DNA of 64,000 bases, taken from assembly GCA_000431235.1 (NCBI GenBank), contig HF988729.1, positions 16,940-80,939 of the forward strand. The letters run 5' to 3'. The first letter of the stretch is position 1; each line of letters starts with the position of its first letter. The notes beneath the pieces were generated by a model. That model did no database searches. It saw nothing but the letters and a program-made list of their open reading frames with translations, and was not told the origin of the DNA. The stretch is from Coprobacillus sp. CAG:698 (GTDB lineage Bacteria > Bacillota_I > Bacilli_A > ML615J-28 > CAG-698). This document shows positions 18,627 through 28,817 of this stretch, piece after piece. The position numbers and the translations under genes are program-made.

Positions 18627-18944
18627 ATGTCAGAAAAAGTAAAAGTAGCTGCCATAGGCACAGATGAATCTATAGCAATATATAATTCTGTAGGATTCAA
18701 AACTTATTTTTCAACTGATTATCAGAAAATAGATAAAATGATTTTTAAACTTTTTAAAGAAGGATGCAAAATCATTTATGTTACTGAAAAAGTATATGAG
18801 AATATTCCTGAAACATTGGAAAAATATAGTCAAATGACTTATCCAATCATTCTACCGCTTCCTCTAGATAATGTTAATAGCGGAGTTGGAATGAAAAAAA
18901 ATAAAGCAAATGTTGAAAAGGCCATAGGCATAAACATTTTCTAG
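18627..18944 (+). CDS. ntpG: V-type ATPase subunit F (NtpG in E. hirae nomenclature)
   Basis: 105 aa, N-terminal KVAAIG...GF pattern, operon position matches. Confidence 0.75.
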   Translation: MSEKVKVAAIGTDESIAIYNSVGFKTYFSTDYQKIDKMIFKLFKEGCKIIYVTEKVYENIPETLEKYSQMTYPIILPLPLDNVNSGVGMKKNKANVEKAIGINIF

Positions 18945-18959
18945 AAAGAGGTTAGATGA

Positions 18960-20741
18960 ATGACACAATCTGAACAAAAACAAGTTGGCGTTATATCAAA
19001 AGTTGCAGGTCCTTTAATTATTGCTAAAGGCATGAAAGATGTGCAAATGTATGACGTTGTACGTGTAAGTAATAAAAAATTAATCGGTGAAATAATTGAA
19101 TTAAGAGGTGATGTAGCCTCTATCCAAGTATATGAAGAAACAGCTGGATTAGGTCCAGGAGAACCTGTTTACTTTACAAATCAACCACTTTCAGTGGAAT
19201 TAGGCCCTGGTTTAATTGAAGGAATATATGATGGTATTCAAAGACCATTAAATGTCATTTTTGATGAATATGGTGATCGTATTCCTTTAGGTGTTGATGT
19301 ACCTAAATTAAATCGTGAAAAAGTATGGGTATTTAACCCAAAAAGAAAAGTTGGCTCAAAAGTTACTGCTGGTGATACATTAGGTGAAGTACAAGAAACA
19401 AGTATAGTATGCCACAAAATTATGGTTCCTTATGGATTATCTGGAGAATTAGTTTGGATTCACCAAGGTAATGCTAAGGTAACTGATATTGTTGCCAAAA
19501 TAAAGAAAGATAATGACGAAATCGTAGAACTAAATATGATTCAAAACTGGCCAGTTCGTAAAGGAAGGCCATATAACAAGAAATTAGCTCCACGTGCTCC
19601 ATTAATTACTGGGCAAAGAGTAATCGATACATTTTTCCCTGTAGCTCGTGGGGGAATCGCAGCTATCCCTGGACCATTTGGTAGCGGTAAAACTGTCGTT
19701 CAACATCAATTAGCAAAATGGTCTAATGCTGATATAATCGTTTATGTAGGTTGTGGTGAGCGTGGAAACGAAATGACTGATGTTCTTCAAGAATTTCCAG
19801 AACTAAAAGATCCAAAAACTGGTGAAAGTTTGATGAAGAGAACAGTTCTAATTGCTAATACATCAAATATGCCTGTTGCTGCTCGTGAAGCATCTATTTA
19901 TACAGGTATTACGATTGCTGAATATTATCGTGATATGGGATACAATGTAGCCATAATGGCTGACTCAACATCACGTTGGGCAGAAGCTCTACGTGAAATG
20001 TCAGGACGTTTAGAAGAAATGCCTGGTGAAGAAGGATATCCTGCTTATCTTTCATCAAGACTTGCAGAGTTCTATGAAAGAGCTGGTTATGTAAAATGCT
20101 TAGGCAGTGAAGGTTTAGAAGGATCTATCACTGCAATTGGTGCTGTATCGCCTCCAGGAGGAGATACATCTGAACCAGTATCACAAGCCACACTAAGAAT
20201 AGTAAAAGTATTCTGGGGCTTAAGTGCTAACTTAGCGTATCGCCGTCATTTCCCTGCTATTGATTGGTTGAAGAGTTATTCTTTATATGATTTAAATGAA
20301 TACTTTAATGAAGAATTAGATCAAGAATGGAGCAAGCAAGTTTCACGTGCTATGCAAATACTTCAAGAAGAAGCTAAACTAGACGAAATTGTTAGACTAG
20401 TTGGTGTTGATTCTCTTGAATATTCTGATAGATTAAAACTTGATGTGGCTAGAAGTATTCGTGAGGATTATCTTCATCAAAATGCTTTCCATGAAGTTGA
20501 TACATATACATCTCTTGCAAAGCAATTTGGAATGTTGAAGGTTATCTTAAAATGGTATAATGGAAGTGTTGAAGCTCTCAAAAATAATGTTTCATATAAT
20601 GAATTGACTAAGATGAATGTCTTAACAACAATTGGTCGTATGAAATATATTAGTGAAAATGAATTTCCTGAAAAAGTAAACGAAATATATAAAGAAATGG
20701 ATAATGAATTTGAAAAACTAATGAAAGGAGCTAATGAATAA
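18960..20741 (+). CDS. ntpA: V-type ATPase catalytic subunit A
   Basis: P-loop GPFGSGKT and conserved [14 protein letters not shown]. Confidence 0.95.
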   Translation: MTQSEQKQVGVISKVAGPLIIAKGMKDVQMYDVVRVSNKKLIGEIIELRGDVASIQVYEETAGLGPGEPVYFTNQPLSVELGPGLIEGIYDGIQRPLNVIFDEYGDRIPLGVDVPKLNREKVWVFNPKRKVGSKVTAGDTLGEVQETSIVCHKIMVPYGLSGELVWIHQGNAKVTDIVAKIKKDNDEIVELNMIQNWPVRKGRPYNKKLAPRAPLITGQRVIDTFFPVARGGIAAIPGPFGSGKTVVQHQLAKWSNADIIVYVGCGERGNEMTDVLQEFPELKDPKTGESLMKRTVLIANTSNMPVAAREASIYTGITIAEYYRDMGYNVAIMADSTSRWAEALREMSGRLEEMPGEEGYPAYLSSRLAEFYERAGYVKCLGSEGLEGSITAIGAVSPPGGDTSEPVSQATLRIVKVFWGLSANLAYRRHFPAIDWLKSYSLYDLNEYFNEELDQEWSKQVSRAMQILQEEAKLDEIVRLVGVDSLEYSDRLKLDVARSIREDYLHQNAFHEVDTYTSLAKQFGMLKVILKWYNGSVEALKNNVSYNELTKMNVLTTIGRMKYISENEFPEKVNEIYKEMDNEFEKLMKGANE

Positions 20742-22120
20742 TGCCTAAAGAGTATAAAACAATTAGAGAAGTAGTTGGCCCTTTGATGTTAGTTGACCAT
20801 GTAGAAGGCGTTAAGTATGATGAACTTGTACAAATACGCCAAGAAAATGGAGAAATTCGTTATGGTAAAGTTCTTGAAATTAATGAAGATAAAGCTTTAG
20901 TGCAACTTTACAATAGTTCTCAAGGATTAAAAATTAGTACTGCAAAGGCAATGTTCTTAGGACACGGAGTTGAATTAAAAGTTTCTCCACAAATAATTGG
21001 ACGTGTATTTGATGGTATGGGTCGTCCTATTGATGGTGGTGAAGAACTTATTCCTACAAAAACACTAGACATAAACGGAACTCCTCTAAACCCTGTTGCT
21101 CGTGATTACCCATCAGAATTCATTCAAACAGGTGTTAGTGCTATTGATGGTTTGAATACATTAGTTCGTGGACAAAAACTTCCAATCTTTTCTGGATCTG
21201 GACTTCCTCATGCTCGTCTTGCTGTCCAAATTGCTCGTCAAGCAAGAGTTAGAGGAACAAATGATGATTTTGCAGTAGTGTTTGCGGCAATAGGTATTAC
21301 TTTTGAAGAAGCAAATTATTTCATTGAAGATTTCAAAAAATCAGGAGCAATTGAAAGATCTGTATTATTTATGAATCTAGCTAATGACCCTGCAATTGAG
21401 CGTATCGCAACACCACGTATGGCGATAACATGTGCTGAATATTTAGCATATGAACTTGGAATGCATGTTCTAGTAATTATGACTGATATTACAAACTATG
21501 CTGAAGCCTTACGTGAGGTATCAGCTGCTAGAAAAGAAGTACCAGGTCGTCGTGGCTACCCTGGATATATGTATACAGACTTAGCATCTTTATATGAAAG
21601 AGCTGGACGTATTAGAGGTAAAAATGGTTCAATTACCCAAATACCTATTCTAACAATGCCTGAAGATGATAAAACACATCCAATTCCTGACTTAACTGGT
21701 TATATAACTGAAGGACAAATAATCCTTTCAAGAGAATTACATAATCAAGGAATCAATCCTCCAATTAATGTATTACCATCATTAAGTCGTTTAAAGGATA
21801 AAGGTATTGGAGTTAACAAAACTCGTGAAGATCATGCTCAAACAATGAACCAATTATTCTCAGCGTACGCAAGAGGAAAAGAAGCTAAAGAGCTTGCTGT
21901 TATTCTTGGAGATGCTGCTTTATCTGATGTTGACAAATTATATGCAAAATTTGCAGAAGCTTTCGAAGAAGAATATGTATCTCAAGGAAGTAGTACAAAT
22001 AGATCAATTGAAGAAACATTAGATCTTGGATGGAAACTTTTGAAAATTCTTCCTGAAAGTGAATTGAAACGTATAGACTTGAAATTTATTGAAAAATATT
22101 TACCTAAAGATGAGGAATAA
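20741..22120 (+). CDS. ntpB: V-type ATPase subunit B
   Basis: Conserved [34 protein letters not shown]. Confidence 0.95.
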   Translation: MPKEYKTIREVVGPLMLVDHVEGVKYDELVQIRQENGEIRYGKVLEINEDKALVQLYNSSQGLKISTAKAMFLGHGVELKVSPQIIGRVFDGMGRPIDGGEELIPTKTLDINGTPLNPVARDYPSEFIQTGVSAIDGLNTLVRGQKLPIFSGSGLPHARLAVQIARQARVRGTNDDFAVVFAAIGITFEEANYFIEDFKKSGAIERSVLFMNLANDPAIERIATPRMAITCAEYLAYELGMHVLVIMTDITNYAEALREVSAARKEVPGRRGYPGYMYTDLASLYERAGRIRGKNGSITQIPILTMPEDDKTHPIPDLTGYITEGQIILSRELHNQGINPPINVLPSLSRLKDKGIGVNKTREDHAQTMNQLFSAYARGKEAKELAVILGDAALSDVDKLYAKFAEAFEEEYVSQGSSTNRSIEETLDLGWKLLKILPESELKRIDLKFIEKYLPKDEE

Positions 22121-22122
22121 AT

Positions 22123-22758
22123 ATGGCAACTACAAATGTTAATCCAACAAGAATGGAATTAACACGCCTCAAAAAAGAACTTGCCACTGCCAAAAGAGGA
22201 CATAAATTATTAAAAGACAAACAAGATGAAATGGTTCGTCAATTTATGATGCTAATAAGAACAAACCGTGAACTTAGATTAAACATTGAAAACAAACTTT
22301 CAAATGTGTCAGAAACATTTGCTCAAGCACGTTTGAAAATGAGTTATTCAGGTTTAATGGAAGCACTAATGGTACCTGCCAATGACGTCGTAATTGAAAC
22401 ATCATCGAAAACAATTATGAATATGTCTGTACCAAGTTTAAAGGTAGAAACAAGTGATTCTGTAGACATTACATATGGTTTTGCTTTTACACCATGTGAA
22501 CTTGATGATTCTGTTTTGGAATTATCAACACTTGTAGAGAAAATGGTAAAACTTGCTGAGATTGAAAAGTCATGTGATATGCTTGCGGTTGAAATCGAAA
22601 AAACAAGAAGGCGTGTAAATGCTATTGAATATGTTCTTATTCCTAATCTCGAAGAAAATATTCATTATATTACAATGAAACTTGAAGATAATGAAAGAAG
22701 TAATATTATTCGTTTAATGAAAAGTAAAGAAATTATCATGAAAAGAACAGAATCATAA
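22123..22758 (+). CDS. ntpD: V-type ATPase subunit D
   Basis: N-terminus NPTRMELTRLKKELATAKRGHKLLKDKQDE is typical of subunit D. Confidence 0.9.
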   Translation: MATTNVNPTRMELTRLKKELATAKRGHKLLKDKQDEMVRQFMMLIRTNRELRLNIENKLSNVSETFAQARLKMSYSGLMEALMVPANDVVIETSSKTIMNMSVPSLKVETSDSVDITYGFAFTPCELDDSVLELSTLVEKMVKLAEIEKSCDMLAVEIEKTRRRVNAIEYVLIPNLEENIHYITMKLEDNERSNIIRLMKSKEIIMKRTES

Positions 22759-22775
22759 TGGATTCTGTTTTTTTG
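22748..22775 (+). terminator. rho-independent terminator of the V-ATPase operon
   Basis: CAGAATC-ataatg-GATTCTG followed by TTTTTTT. Confidence 0.75.
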
Positions 22776-22839
22776 TTTTATATGCTTGTAACAAAATATA
22801 AATTGTGATAAAATGTTTACTATATGAAAGGAAATTAAT

Positions 22840-23574
22840 ATGATTTATAAAGTAAAAAGAAAAGTTACTGGTAGTATGGTTGATACCAAAGCTAATTTAT
22901 CTTTGTTAGGATTATGTGATGTGATTGTTGACACAATGTCAGAAATGTTAGGCTTATTAAAACTTGATGGATTATATGCTTTAAAGAATTACAATGCAAT
23001 GTGGGTCATTTCTAAAAACAAAATAAGAATCTTTGATGAAGCAAAATGGAATGAAAAACTTGAAGTAGAAAGTTTTATTTCTTCAACAACATTAGCTCGT
23101 ATAACAATTGATACAGTAATAAAAAAATTAGATAAGATAATAGCATATTCACGAATAGAAAGTTGCGCAATTGATTTACAATCAAGAAGAATAAGAAAAA
23201 CAAATACAATGGGTATTGATGATAATATTGTGATTGAAAATCCTTATAATTTTAATCAGTTTATCGAGACAGAAGGTGAGAGTAATGATTTAAATTTAGA
23301 ATTTACCCAAAAATCCCTATACACAAATATAGATTATCTTCATCATACAAATAATCTTGAATACATCAGAGTTTTATTAAATTCATTTACAGTTAAAGAA
23401 ATAGAAACTAAACCAATAAAACAAATAGAAATTAATTATAAAAATCAATCGTTTGAAAATGATTTGCTAGAAGTTTATAAAAATATATCAGAAAACATAT
23501 GTTTTTATGAAATTAAAGCAAATAATAAAAATAATGTAAAAGAAACAAAAGTAAATGGAAAAATATTTTTTTAA
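22840..23574 (+). CDS. acyl-ACP thioesterase-like (double hotdog) protein
   Basis: 244 aa. The second half carries the IDYLHHTNNLEYI motif, resembling D.D.n.HVNN.kYi of FatA/B-type thioesterases. Confidence 0.55.
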   Translation: MIYKVKRKVTGSMVDTKANLSLLGLCDVIVDTMSEMLGLLKLDGLYALKNYNAMWVISKNKIRIFDEAKWNEKLEVESFISSTTLARITIDTVIKKLDKIIAYSRIESCAIDLQSRRIRKTNTMGIDDNIVIENPYNFNQFIETEGESNDLNLEFTQKSLYTNIDYLHHTNNLEYIRVLLNSFTVKEIETKPIKQIEINYKNQSFENDLLEVYKNISENICFYEIKANNKNNVKETKVNGKIFF

Positions 23575-23661
23575 ATGTAAACGTTTTAAACAAATATTTT
23601 CTTGCATTTTATTTAATTTTGGTATATAATAGATGTATAAAAATGAAAGGAAAAATGTAGT

Positions 23662-23739
23662 ATGAAAAATAATAATTTAACATTCACAATGAACGCATTT
23701 TATTATTACTTTTACTTTCCAAGATTTGTCGCGCAATAA
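23662..23739 (+). promoter_or_regulatory. candidate leader-peptide ORF MKNNNLTFTMNAFYYYFYFPRFVAQ (attenuator sensor)
   Basis: 25 codons preceded by a weak RBS GAAAGGA (23645-23651). Seven consecutive Phe/Tyr codons at 23698-23718. Followed by alternative hairpins and a terminator (see findings). Confidence 0.5.
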
Positions 23740-23832
23740 CAGTCTTGGCTTTTTCCGATGGAAAAGTTTGATGTACTATTATTACTCGACAAAATAATGA
23801 AAAGTCGAGTAATAGCTCATCTATAAATCTTT

Positions 23833-23862
23833 GTGCTATTACCTATGTAGTAGCACTTTTTC
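23833..23862 (+). terminator. intrinsic terminator inside the 5' leader of the ABC operon (attenuator)
   Basis: GTGCTATTA-cctatg-TAGTAGCAC (one G-U pair) followed by TTTTTcaTTTTT. It lies 35 nt upstream of the ABC start codon. Confidence 0.7.
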
Positions 23863-23896
23863 ATTTTTATAAAAAAAAAAAAAGGAGACGAAAATT

Positions 23897-24898
23897 ATGA
23901 AAAAAATTATTCTATGTTTATTATGTGTTTTATGTTTGTGTGGATTAGTTGGTTGTAATCAAAAACAAAAACCTGCTGATATTATTGCAGGTGGTGGACA
24001 AGTTAAAATTGGAATCATTAAGTATGTTACTGCACCAGCTTTAGATAGTGCTCAAGAAGGGATTATTGAAGCTTTGGAAAAAGCAGGTTACAAAGATGGC
24101 GAAAAGATTAAAATTGTCAAATATGCTCCCGAAGGTGATCCATCAACATTATCACAAGTTTCTGAGATTGCTGTAAAAGAATGTGATCTAGTTTTCGCAA
24201 TTGCAACACCAGCTGTAAGTGAAGTAAAAGCAAAAATCTTAAAAACTGGTTTAGATGTTCCTGTTTTATTTACTGCTGTTACTGATCCAGTTTCCAAAGG
24301 TATTGTAGATTCACTAGAGAAAACAGGATGTAATATTAGTGGTACAAGTGATTTGAACCCAGTAGGTGATCAATTAGCGTTAATCACTGATTTAGCACCT
24401 GAAGCAAAAAAGGTAGGATATCTATATACTTCATCAGAAGATAATTCTGTTGTCCAACTTAATTTATTAAAAGCAAAGGCTAAAGAATTAAATTTAGAAG
24501 TAGTTACAAGAGCAATCACAAATTTAAGTGAACTAAAAATGGCAACAGAAGCGTTAGTTAGTGAAGGCATTGATGTTATTTATTTACCAACAGATAATCT
24601 AGTTAATTCTGCCTCAAAAACAGTACTAGATATAACAAACAAGAACAAAATACCATCAATATGTGCTGAAGAAGGTTATTTATCAAATGGTGGAACAATA
24701 ACTTTGAGTATTAATTACAAAGATTTAGGTATTCTAACTGGAGAAATGGCTGTGAAGATTATAAACGGAGAAGTAGAAGATGCAAGCAGTTTACCAGTTG
24801 GTAGTTTAACAAAGTTTGAATTAAAAATAAATGAAGAAGAAGCTAATAAGTATGGAATAGTTATTAGTGATGCAATAAAAGAAAAATTAAATAAATAG
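23897..24898 (+). CDS. ABC transporter substrate-binding lipoprotein, PF04392 (ABC_sub_bind / TrpX-like) family
   Basis: Signal peptide with lipobox LVGC. KIGIIKYVTAPALDSAQEG is a typical N-terminus of this family. RBS AAGGAGA. Confidence 0.75.
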   Translation: MKKIILCLLCVLCLCGLVGCNQKQKPADIIAGGGQVKIGIIKYVTAPALDSAQEGIIEALEKAGYKDGEKIKIVKYAPEGDPSTLSQVSEIAVKECDLVFAIATPAVSEVKAKILKTGLDVPVLFTAVTDPVSKGIVDSLEKTGCNISGTSDLNPVGDQLALITDLAPEAKKVGYLYTSSEDNSVVQLNLLKAKAKELNLEVVTRAITNLSELKMATEALVSEGIDVIYLPTDNLVNSASKTVLDITNKNKIPSICAEEGYLSNGGTITLSINYKDLGILTGEMAVKIINGEVEDASSLPVGSLTKFELKINEEEANKYGIVISDAIKEKLNK

Positions 24899-24909
24899 AG
24901 TGTGATTTT

Positions 24910-25848
24910 ATGAATATAATTGATATATTATCAACAGGAATTGAACAAGGTATTATTTGGGCAATTCTTGTAATTGGTGTTTATATAACATATAGAATTT
25001 TAGATATAGCTGATCTAAGCGTTGAAGGTACATTTCCTTTAGGAGCATGTACAGCAGCCCTTATGATTTATTTAGGAGTTAATCCAGTTATAGCATGCAT
25101 TATTTCTATGATAACAGGTATGATTGCTGGAGCTGTAACAGGCCTATTACATACTTCATTAAAAATACCAGCTATTATTTCAGGAATAATTGTTATGACT
25201 GCATTAACATCAGTTAATCTAGTTATTTTAGGCTTTGCTAATGAAAATTCTTCAGTACAGAGTGTACTAAATATTGATAAAAATATCTTTCAGGCGTTTT
25301 CAGAACTATTAACAAATAGTTTTAAGATACCTTTGCTTTATTCAAGTAAGATATCATCAATAATCATAGGATTAATATTCTTATTATTAATAAGTATATT
25401 AATATACTGGTTATTTGGAACTGAAATTGGAATGAGTATAAGAGCTACTGGAAACAACCCTAAGATGGCAAGAGCTCAAGGTATAAATACTAATTTAATG
25501 ATAATATTTGGTTTAATGTTAAGTAATGGCTTAATAGCTTTAAGTGGTGCTTTATATGCTCAAAACTCAGGTACAGCAATTGCTGACTGTGGAAGAGGAG
25601 CAATCATTATAGGGCTTGCTTCAATAATTATTGGTGAAATAATATTTAAACATAAAACTTTTAAGAGTTCACTTATTGCTATTATTATTGGAACAATAAT
25701 ATTCTTCATAATTAAACAAATAGCAATTAGAATGAATGTTGAACACTACTTGAATCTATTTACAGCAATTTTAATTACAGTTATTCTAGCAATGCCAGTA
25801 ATAAAATCAAAACTAATAAATAAAAAGAAGGTGGAAAATCATGCTTGA
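24910..25848 (+). CDS. ABC transporter permease (TrpY-like)
   Basis: Polytopic. Adjacent to the SBP and overlaps the ATPase gene. Confidence 0.8.
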   Translation: MNIIDILSTGIEQGIIWAILVIGVYITYRILDIADLSVEGTFPLGACTAALMIYLGVNPVIACIISMITGMIAGAVTGLLHTSLKIPAIISGIIVMTALTSVNLVILGFANENSSVQSVLNIDKNIFQAFSELLTNSFKIPLLYSSKISSIIIGLIFLLLISILIYWLFGTEIGMSIRATGNNPKMARAQGINTNLMIIFGLMLSNGLIALSGALYAQNSGTAIADCGRGAIIIGLASIIIGEIIFKHKTFKSSLIAIIIGTIIFFIIKQIAIRMNVEHYLNLFTAILITVILAMPVIKSKLINKKKVENHA

Positions 25849-26599
25849 GATATCAAATATAACTAAAATATTTAATAAAGAAGAAGGAATCGAATATCAA
25901 AAGAAAGCATTAGATTGTGTTAACCTTGTTGTTGAAGATGGAGATTTCGTTAGTGTAATTGGAGGAAATGGTAGTGGTAAAAGTACCCTTATGAACATCA
26001 TTTCTGGAGTATATAAACCTGATAGTGGTTATATTAAAATTGATGGTGAAGATATAACAATGCTTAGTGAAAGTAAAAGAGCAAGCTATTTAGGAAGAGT
26101 TTTTCAAGATCCTCTTATGCTAACTTGTGCTAATATGTCAATAATTGAAAATATGGAATTAGCTTCAAGAAGAGGTGAAAAGCAAACCTTTAAATGGGGA
26201 TTTAAAAAAACTAACGAAATACTATTCAAAGAGGAACTTAAAAGATTAAATTTAAATCTTGAGAATAGACTAGAACAAAAAGTTGGCTTACTATCTGGTG
26301 GTCAAAGACAAGCAGTAACCTTATTGATGGCAACGCTAAAAAAGCCTAAACTATTATTATTAGATGAGCATACTGCTGCTCTTGATCCTAAAACTGCCAA
26401 AAAAGTTTTAGAATTAACAGAAAAAATAGTAACTGAAAATAAGATAACTACATTTATGATTACTCATAATATGAAAGATGCCTTAAGATATGGAAATAGA
26501 CTAGTGATGCTAAATGGTGGTAAAATAGTTTTAGATGCAAAAGGAGAAGAAAAAGCTAAATTAACAATTGATGATTTGTTAGAAAAGTTTGAAGCATAA
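25841..26599 (+). CDS. ABC transporter ATP-binding protein (TrpZ-like)
   Basis: Walker A GGNGSGKST, signature LSGGQRQ, Walker B LLLLDEHTAALD. Confidence 0.9.
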   Translation: MLEISNITKIFNKEEGIEYQKKALDCVNLVVEDGDFVSVIGGNGSGKSTLMNIISGVYKPDSGYIKIDGEDITMLSESKRASYLGRVFQDPLMLTCANMSIIENMELASRRGEKQTFKWGFKKTNEILFKEELKRLNLNLENRLEQKVGLLSGGQRQAVTLLMATLKKPKLLLLDEHTAALDPKTAKKVLELTEKIVTENKITTFMITHNMKDALRYGNRLVMLNGGKIVLDAKGEEKAKLTIDDLLEKFEA

Positions 26600-26622
26600 A
26601 GGTGTTTAAAACACCTTTTTTT
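26598..26622 (+). terminator. rho-independent terminator
   Basis: AAAGGTGTT-taa-AACACCTTT followed by a T-run. Confidence 0.75.
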
Positions 26623-26700
26623 GAAATATATTGAAATGCTTTCACATATAATGTATTGTGAATATAATCATAAAATATAATGTTGTGTAAATACAATTAT

Positions 26701-26729
26701 TTGACAATGGTTTATATTTATGTTATAAT
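26701..26729 (+). promoter_or_regulatory. consensus sigma-70 promoter TTGACA-17-TGtTATAAT
   Basis: TTGACA 26701-26706, 17-nt spacer, TATAAT 26724-26729 preceded by TGt. Confidence 0.6.
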
Positions 26730-26752
26730 TTAGTCATAAAGGATATATATAT

Positions 26753-27490
26753 ATGAAGGAATTTCTAAAAAAATATAAAGAAAAAATAATCAAACTTTTG
26801 ATAGCAATATTTACATTAATATTAATTTCGGTCTTAGTAATGGTTTTATTGCTAGCTTTTAATGTAATATATTATGATTCAGGATTTCATTTCAATGAAG
26901 AATTATTTAATTGGTTTAAAAACTCATGGTTTGGAATAGTTTTATATGTACTTGTACAGTGTATATTAACATCTGCTTTATGTGTTATACCAGGTTCATC
27001 GATGGCATTTATTCTCTTAAGTACATTTATTTATGGTGAGCCATGGAAAGCATTTTTACTATCTTTTGCTGGTGTTATCCTTTCGAGTGCGACAATGTAT
27101 GCTATAGGTCGTTTTGGTGGTTATAAACTATGTTCAAAACTTTTAGGCAAGGAAGATTGCGAAAAGTCATTAGAACTTTTACGTAATAAAGGAACTGTGT
27201 ATTTTCCACTAATGATGGTATTTCCACTTTTTCCTGATGATGCTTTGGTAATGATAGCTGGAACTACCAAAATGAGTTTAAAATGGTTTATTCCTTCAAT
27301 TATCTTTGGCCGTGGCATTGGAATTGCTACAATTGTTTTTGGAATACATATAGTTCCATTTGAAGAGTTCACAACTCTTTATGATTGGATTGTATTTATT
27401 ACTATATGTGCTTTTTGGATAATTTTAATCTTTTATTTAGCACATTTACTAAATGTATATTTAGATAAAAAAAGAAAAGAAAATAAATAA
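26753..27490 (+). CDS. TVP38/TMEM64 (VTT/DedA-related) family membrane protein
   Basis: Polytopic. Motif PGSSMAFILLSTFIYGEPW...YAIGRFGG. Confidence 0.7.
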   Translation: MKEFLKKYKEKIIKLLIAIFTLILISVLVMVLLLAFNVIYYDSGFHFNEELFNWFKNSWFGIVLYVLVQCILTSALCVIPGSSMAFILLSTFIYGEPWKAFLLSFAGVILSSATMYAIGRFGGYKLCSKLLGKEDCEKSLELLRNKGTVYFPLMMVFPLFPDDALVMIAGTTKMSLKWFIPSIIFGRGIGIATIVFGIHIVPFEEFTTLYDWIVFITICAFWIILIFYLAHLLNVYLDKKRKENK

Positions 27491-27530
27491 AACACTTGCT
27501 TTTTTTGAAAAAACATTGTATAATGAAGCT

Positions 27531-27790
27531 ATAATAAAAACTTTGAAGAGAAGAGTAATAAAACAAAACTTTTGTAGAGAGTTCTCGTTTGGTGCAAGAG
27601 AATAAAGTTAGAGTTTATGAAGATGGCCTCTGAGTTGGGTTTCTGAAATTTGAGTAGGAAATCTCGGGTTTGCCCGTTATCGCAAAAGAACTTGTTAGAG
27701 TTTGAAATAGGCATGCTGTTTAGGCATTGTGAAAAAGGTTGGTACCACGTGATTATATATCTCGTCCTTGTTATAGGGCGAGATTTTTAA
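27531..27790 (+). promoter_or_regulatory. T-box leader, probable Met (AUG) specifier, with terminator
   Basis: AGAGAG bulge 27576-27581, distal-loop GGTGCAAG, candidate specifier ATG-A 27617-27620. T-box sequence AAGGTTGGTACCACGTG ~27735-27751. Terminator ATCTCGTCC/GGGCGAGAT 27759-27784 plus a T-run. Promoter TTGCTT-17-TATAAT at 27496-27524. Confidence 0.8.
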
Positions 27791-27806
27791 TTTGTAAGGA
27801 GGCAAA

Positions 27807-28817
27807 ATGATTGATACAAATAATGATTATATTTTAGAAATAAACAATTTGTGTAAATGCTATGGTGATAATTCGATTTTAAATAATATTAATTTAAAAA
27901 TTAAAAAAGGAGAAATTTATGGCATTTTAGGGTTTTCAGGAGCTGGTAAATCAACTCTAGTAAGATGTATAAATGGACTAGAAAAATATGATTCTGGTGA
28001 AATTATATTTAACGGGGAAAAAGCTTTATTTGATTGCAATTATCGTAGAGATATATCAATGATATTTCAATCGTTTAATTTACTTGATCAAAGAACAGTT
28101 ATAAAAAATGTAATGCTTCCTGGTGAGCTTGTAAAAGATAGCAAAAGATATGAGAAAGCTTTAGAGATGCTTAAGTTAGTCGGCTTAGCAAATAAAATCA
28201 ATTCATATCCTTCGCAATTATCTGGTGGAGAAAAACAAAGAGTGGCTATTGCTCGTTCACTAATGACAAATCCGAAAATACTTTTGTGCGACGAAGCAAC
28301 TTCAGCTTTAGATCCAGAAACAACAAATCAAATTCTTGATTTATTATTGAAATTAAATCAAGAACTTAAATTAACGATTATAATGATATCACATCAAATG
28401 AATGTTATTGAAAGAATTTGCCATAAAGTAGCTATTCTTGATAAATCACAAATAATTGAAAATGGAAGTGCTCAAGATATATTTTTATCTCCAAAAACTG
28501 ATGTTGGAAAGAAAATGGTTTATTCAGGGCATTTAAATACTGAACTAAATGATGAAAAACTAATAAAAATTAAATTCAATGGAGAAATTGATACTCCAAT
28601 TGTGGCAAACATAATTTGTGACTGCAATGTTATTGTTTCAATAATTTATGCCGATTCAAAAGTTGTTGAGGGTAGAGTATATGGACAGATAATTTTCAAA
28701 ATGCCCAAGGATGAAAGAGAAGTAAAAAAGGTAGAAAGATATTTACAACTTAAAAATGTTTCTTTTGAGGAGGTGTATATAGATGAGTATCAGCAGCATT
28801 TTTCAAATGATATTTGA
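27807..28817 (+). CDS. metN: methionine ABC transporter ATP-binding protein
   Basis: Walker A GFSGAGKST, signature LSGGEKQR, C-terminal NIL-type domain. Confidence 0.9.
   Translation: MIDTNNDYILEINNLCKCYGDNSILNNINLKIKKGEIYGILGFSGAGKSTLVRCINGLEKYDSGEIIFNGEKALFDCNYRRDISMIFQSFNLLDQRTVIKNVMLPGELVKDSKRYEKALEMLKLVGLANKINSYPSQLSGGEKQRVAIARSLMTNPKILLCDEATSALDPETTNQILDLLLKLNQELKLTIIMISHQMNVIERICHKVAILDKSQIIENGSAQDIFLSPKTDVGKKMVYSGHLNTELNDEKLIKIKFNGEIDTPIVANIICDCNVIVSIIYADSKVVEGRVYGQIIFKMPKDEREVKKVERYLQLKNVSFEEVYIDEYQQHFSNDI

Noticed and set aside
23643-23660. Tiny ORF MKGKM just upstream of the proposed leader peptide.
   Set aside because: It is five codons long, has no RBS and overlaps the RBS of the longer leader ORF, so it is unlikely to be meaningful.
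23871-23883. A13 homopolymer between the attenuator terminator and the RBS of the ABC operon, considered as a slipped-strand phase-variation tract.
   Set aside because: It lies in the untranslated leader. Length changes would alter only the spacing upstream of the RBS, not a reading frame or the -10/-35 spacing. This is probably just AT-rich spacer, although the tract length could be compared between strains.
27529-27714. 61-aa minus-strand ORF.
   Set aside because: It lies antisense within the T-box leader of metNIQ and has no RBS.
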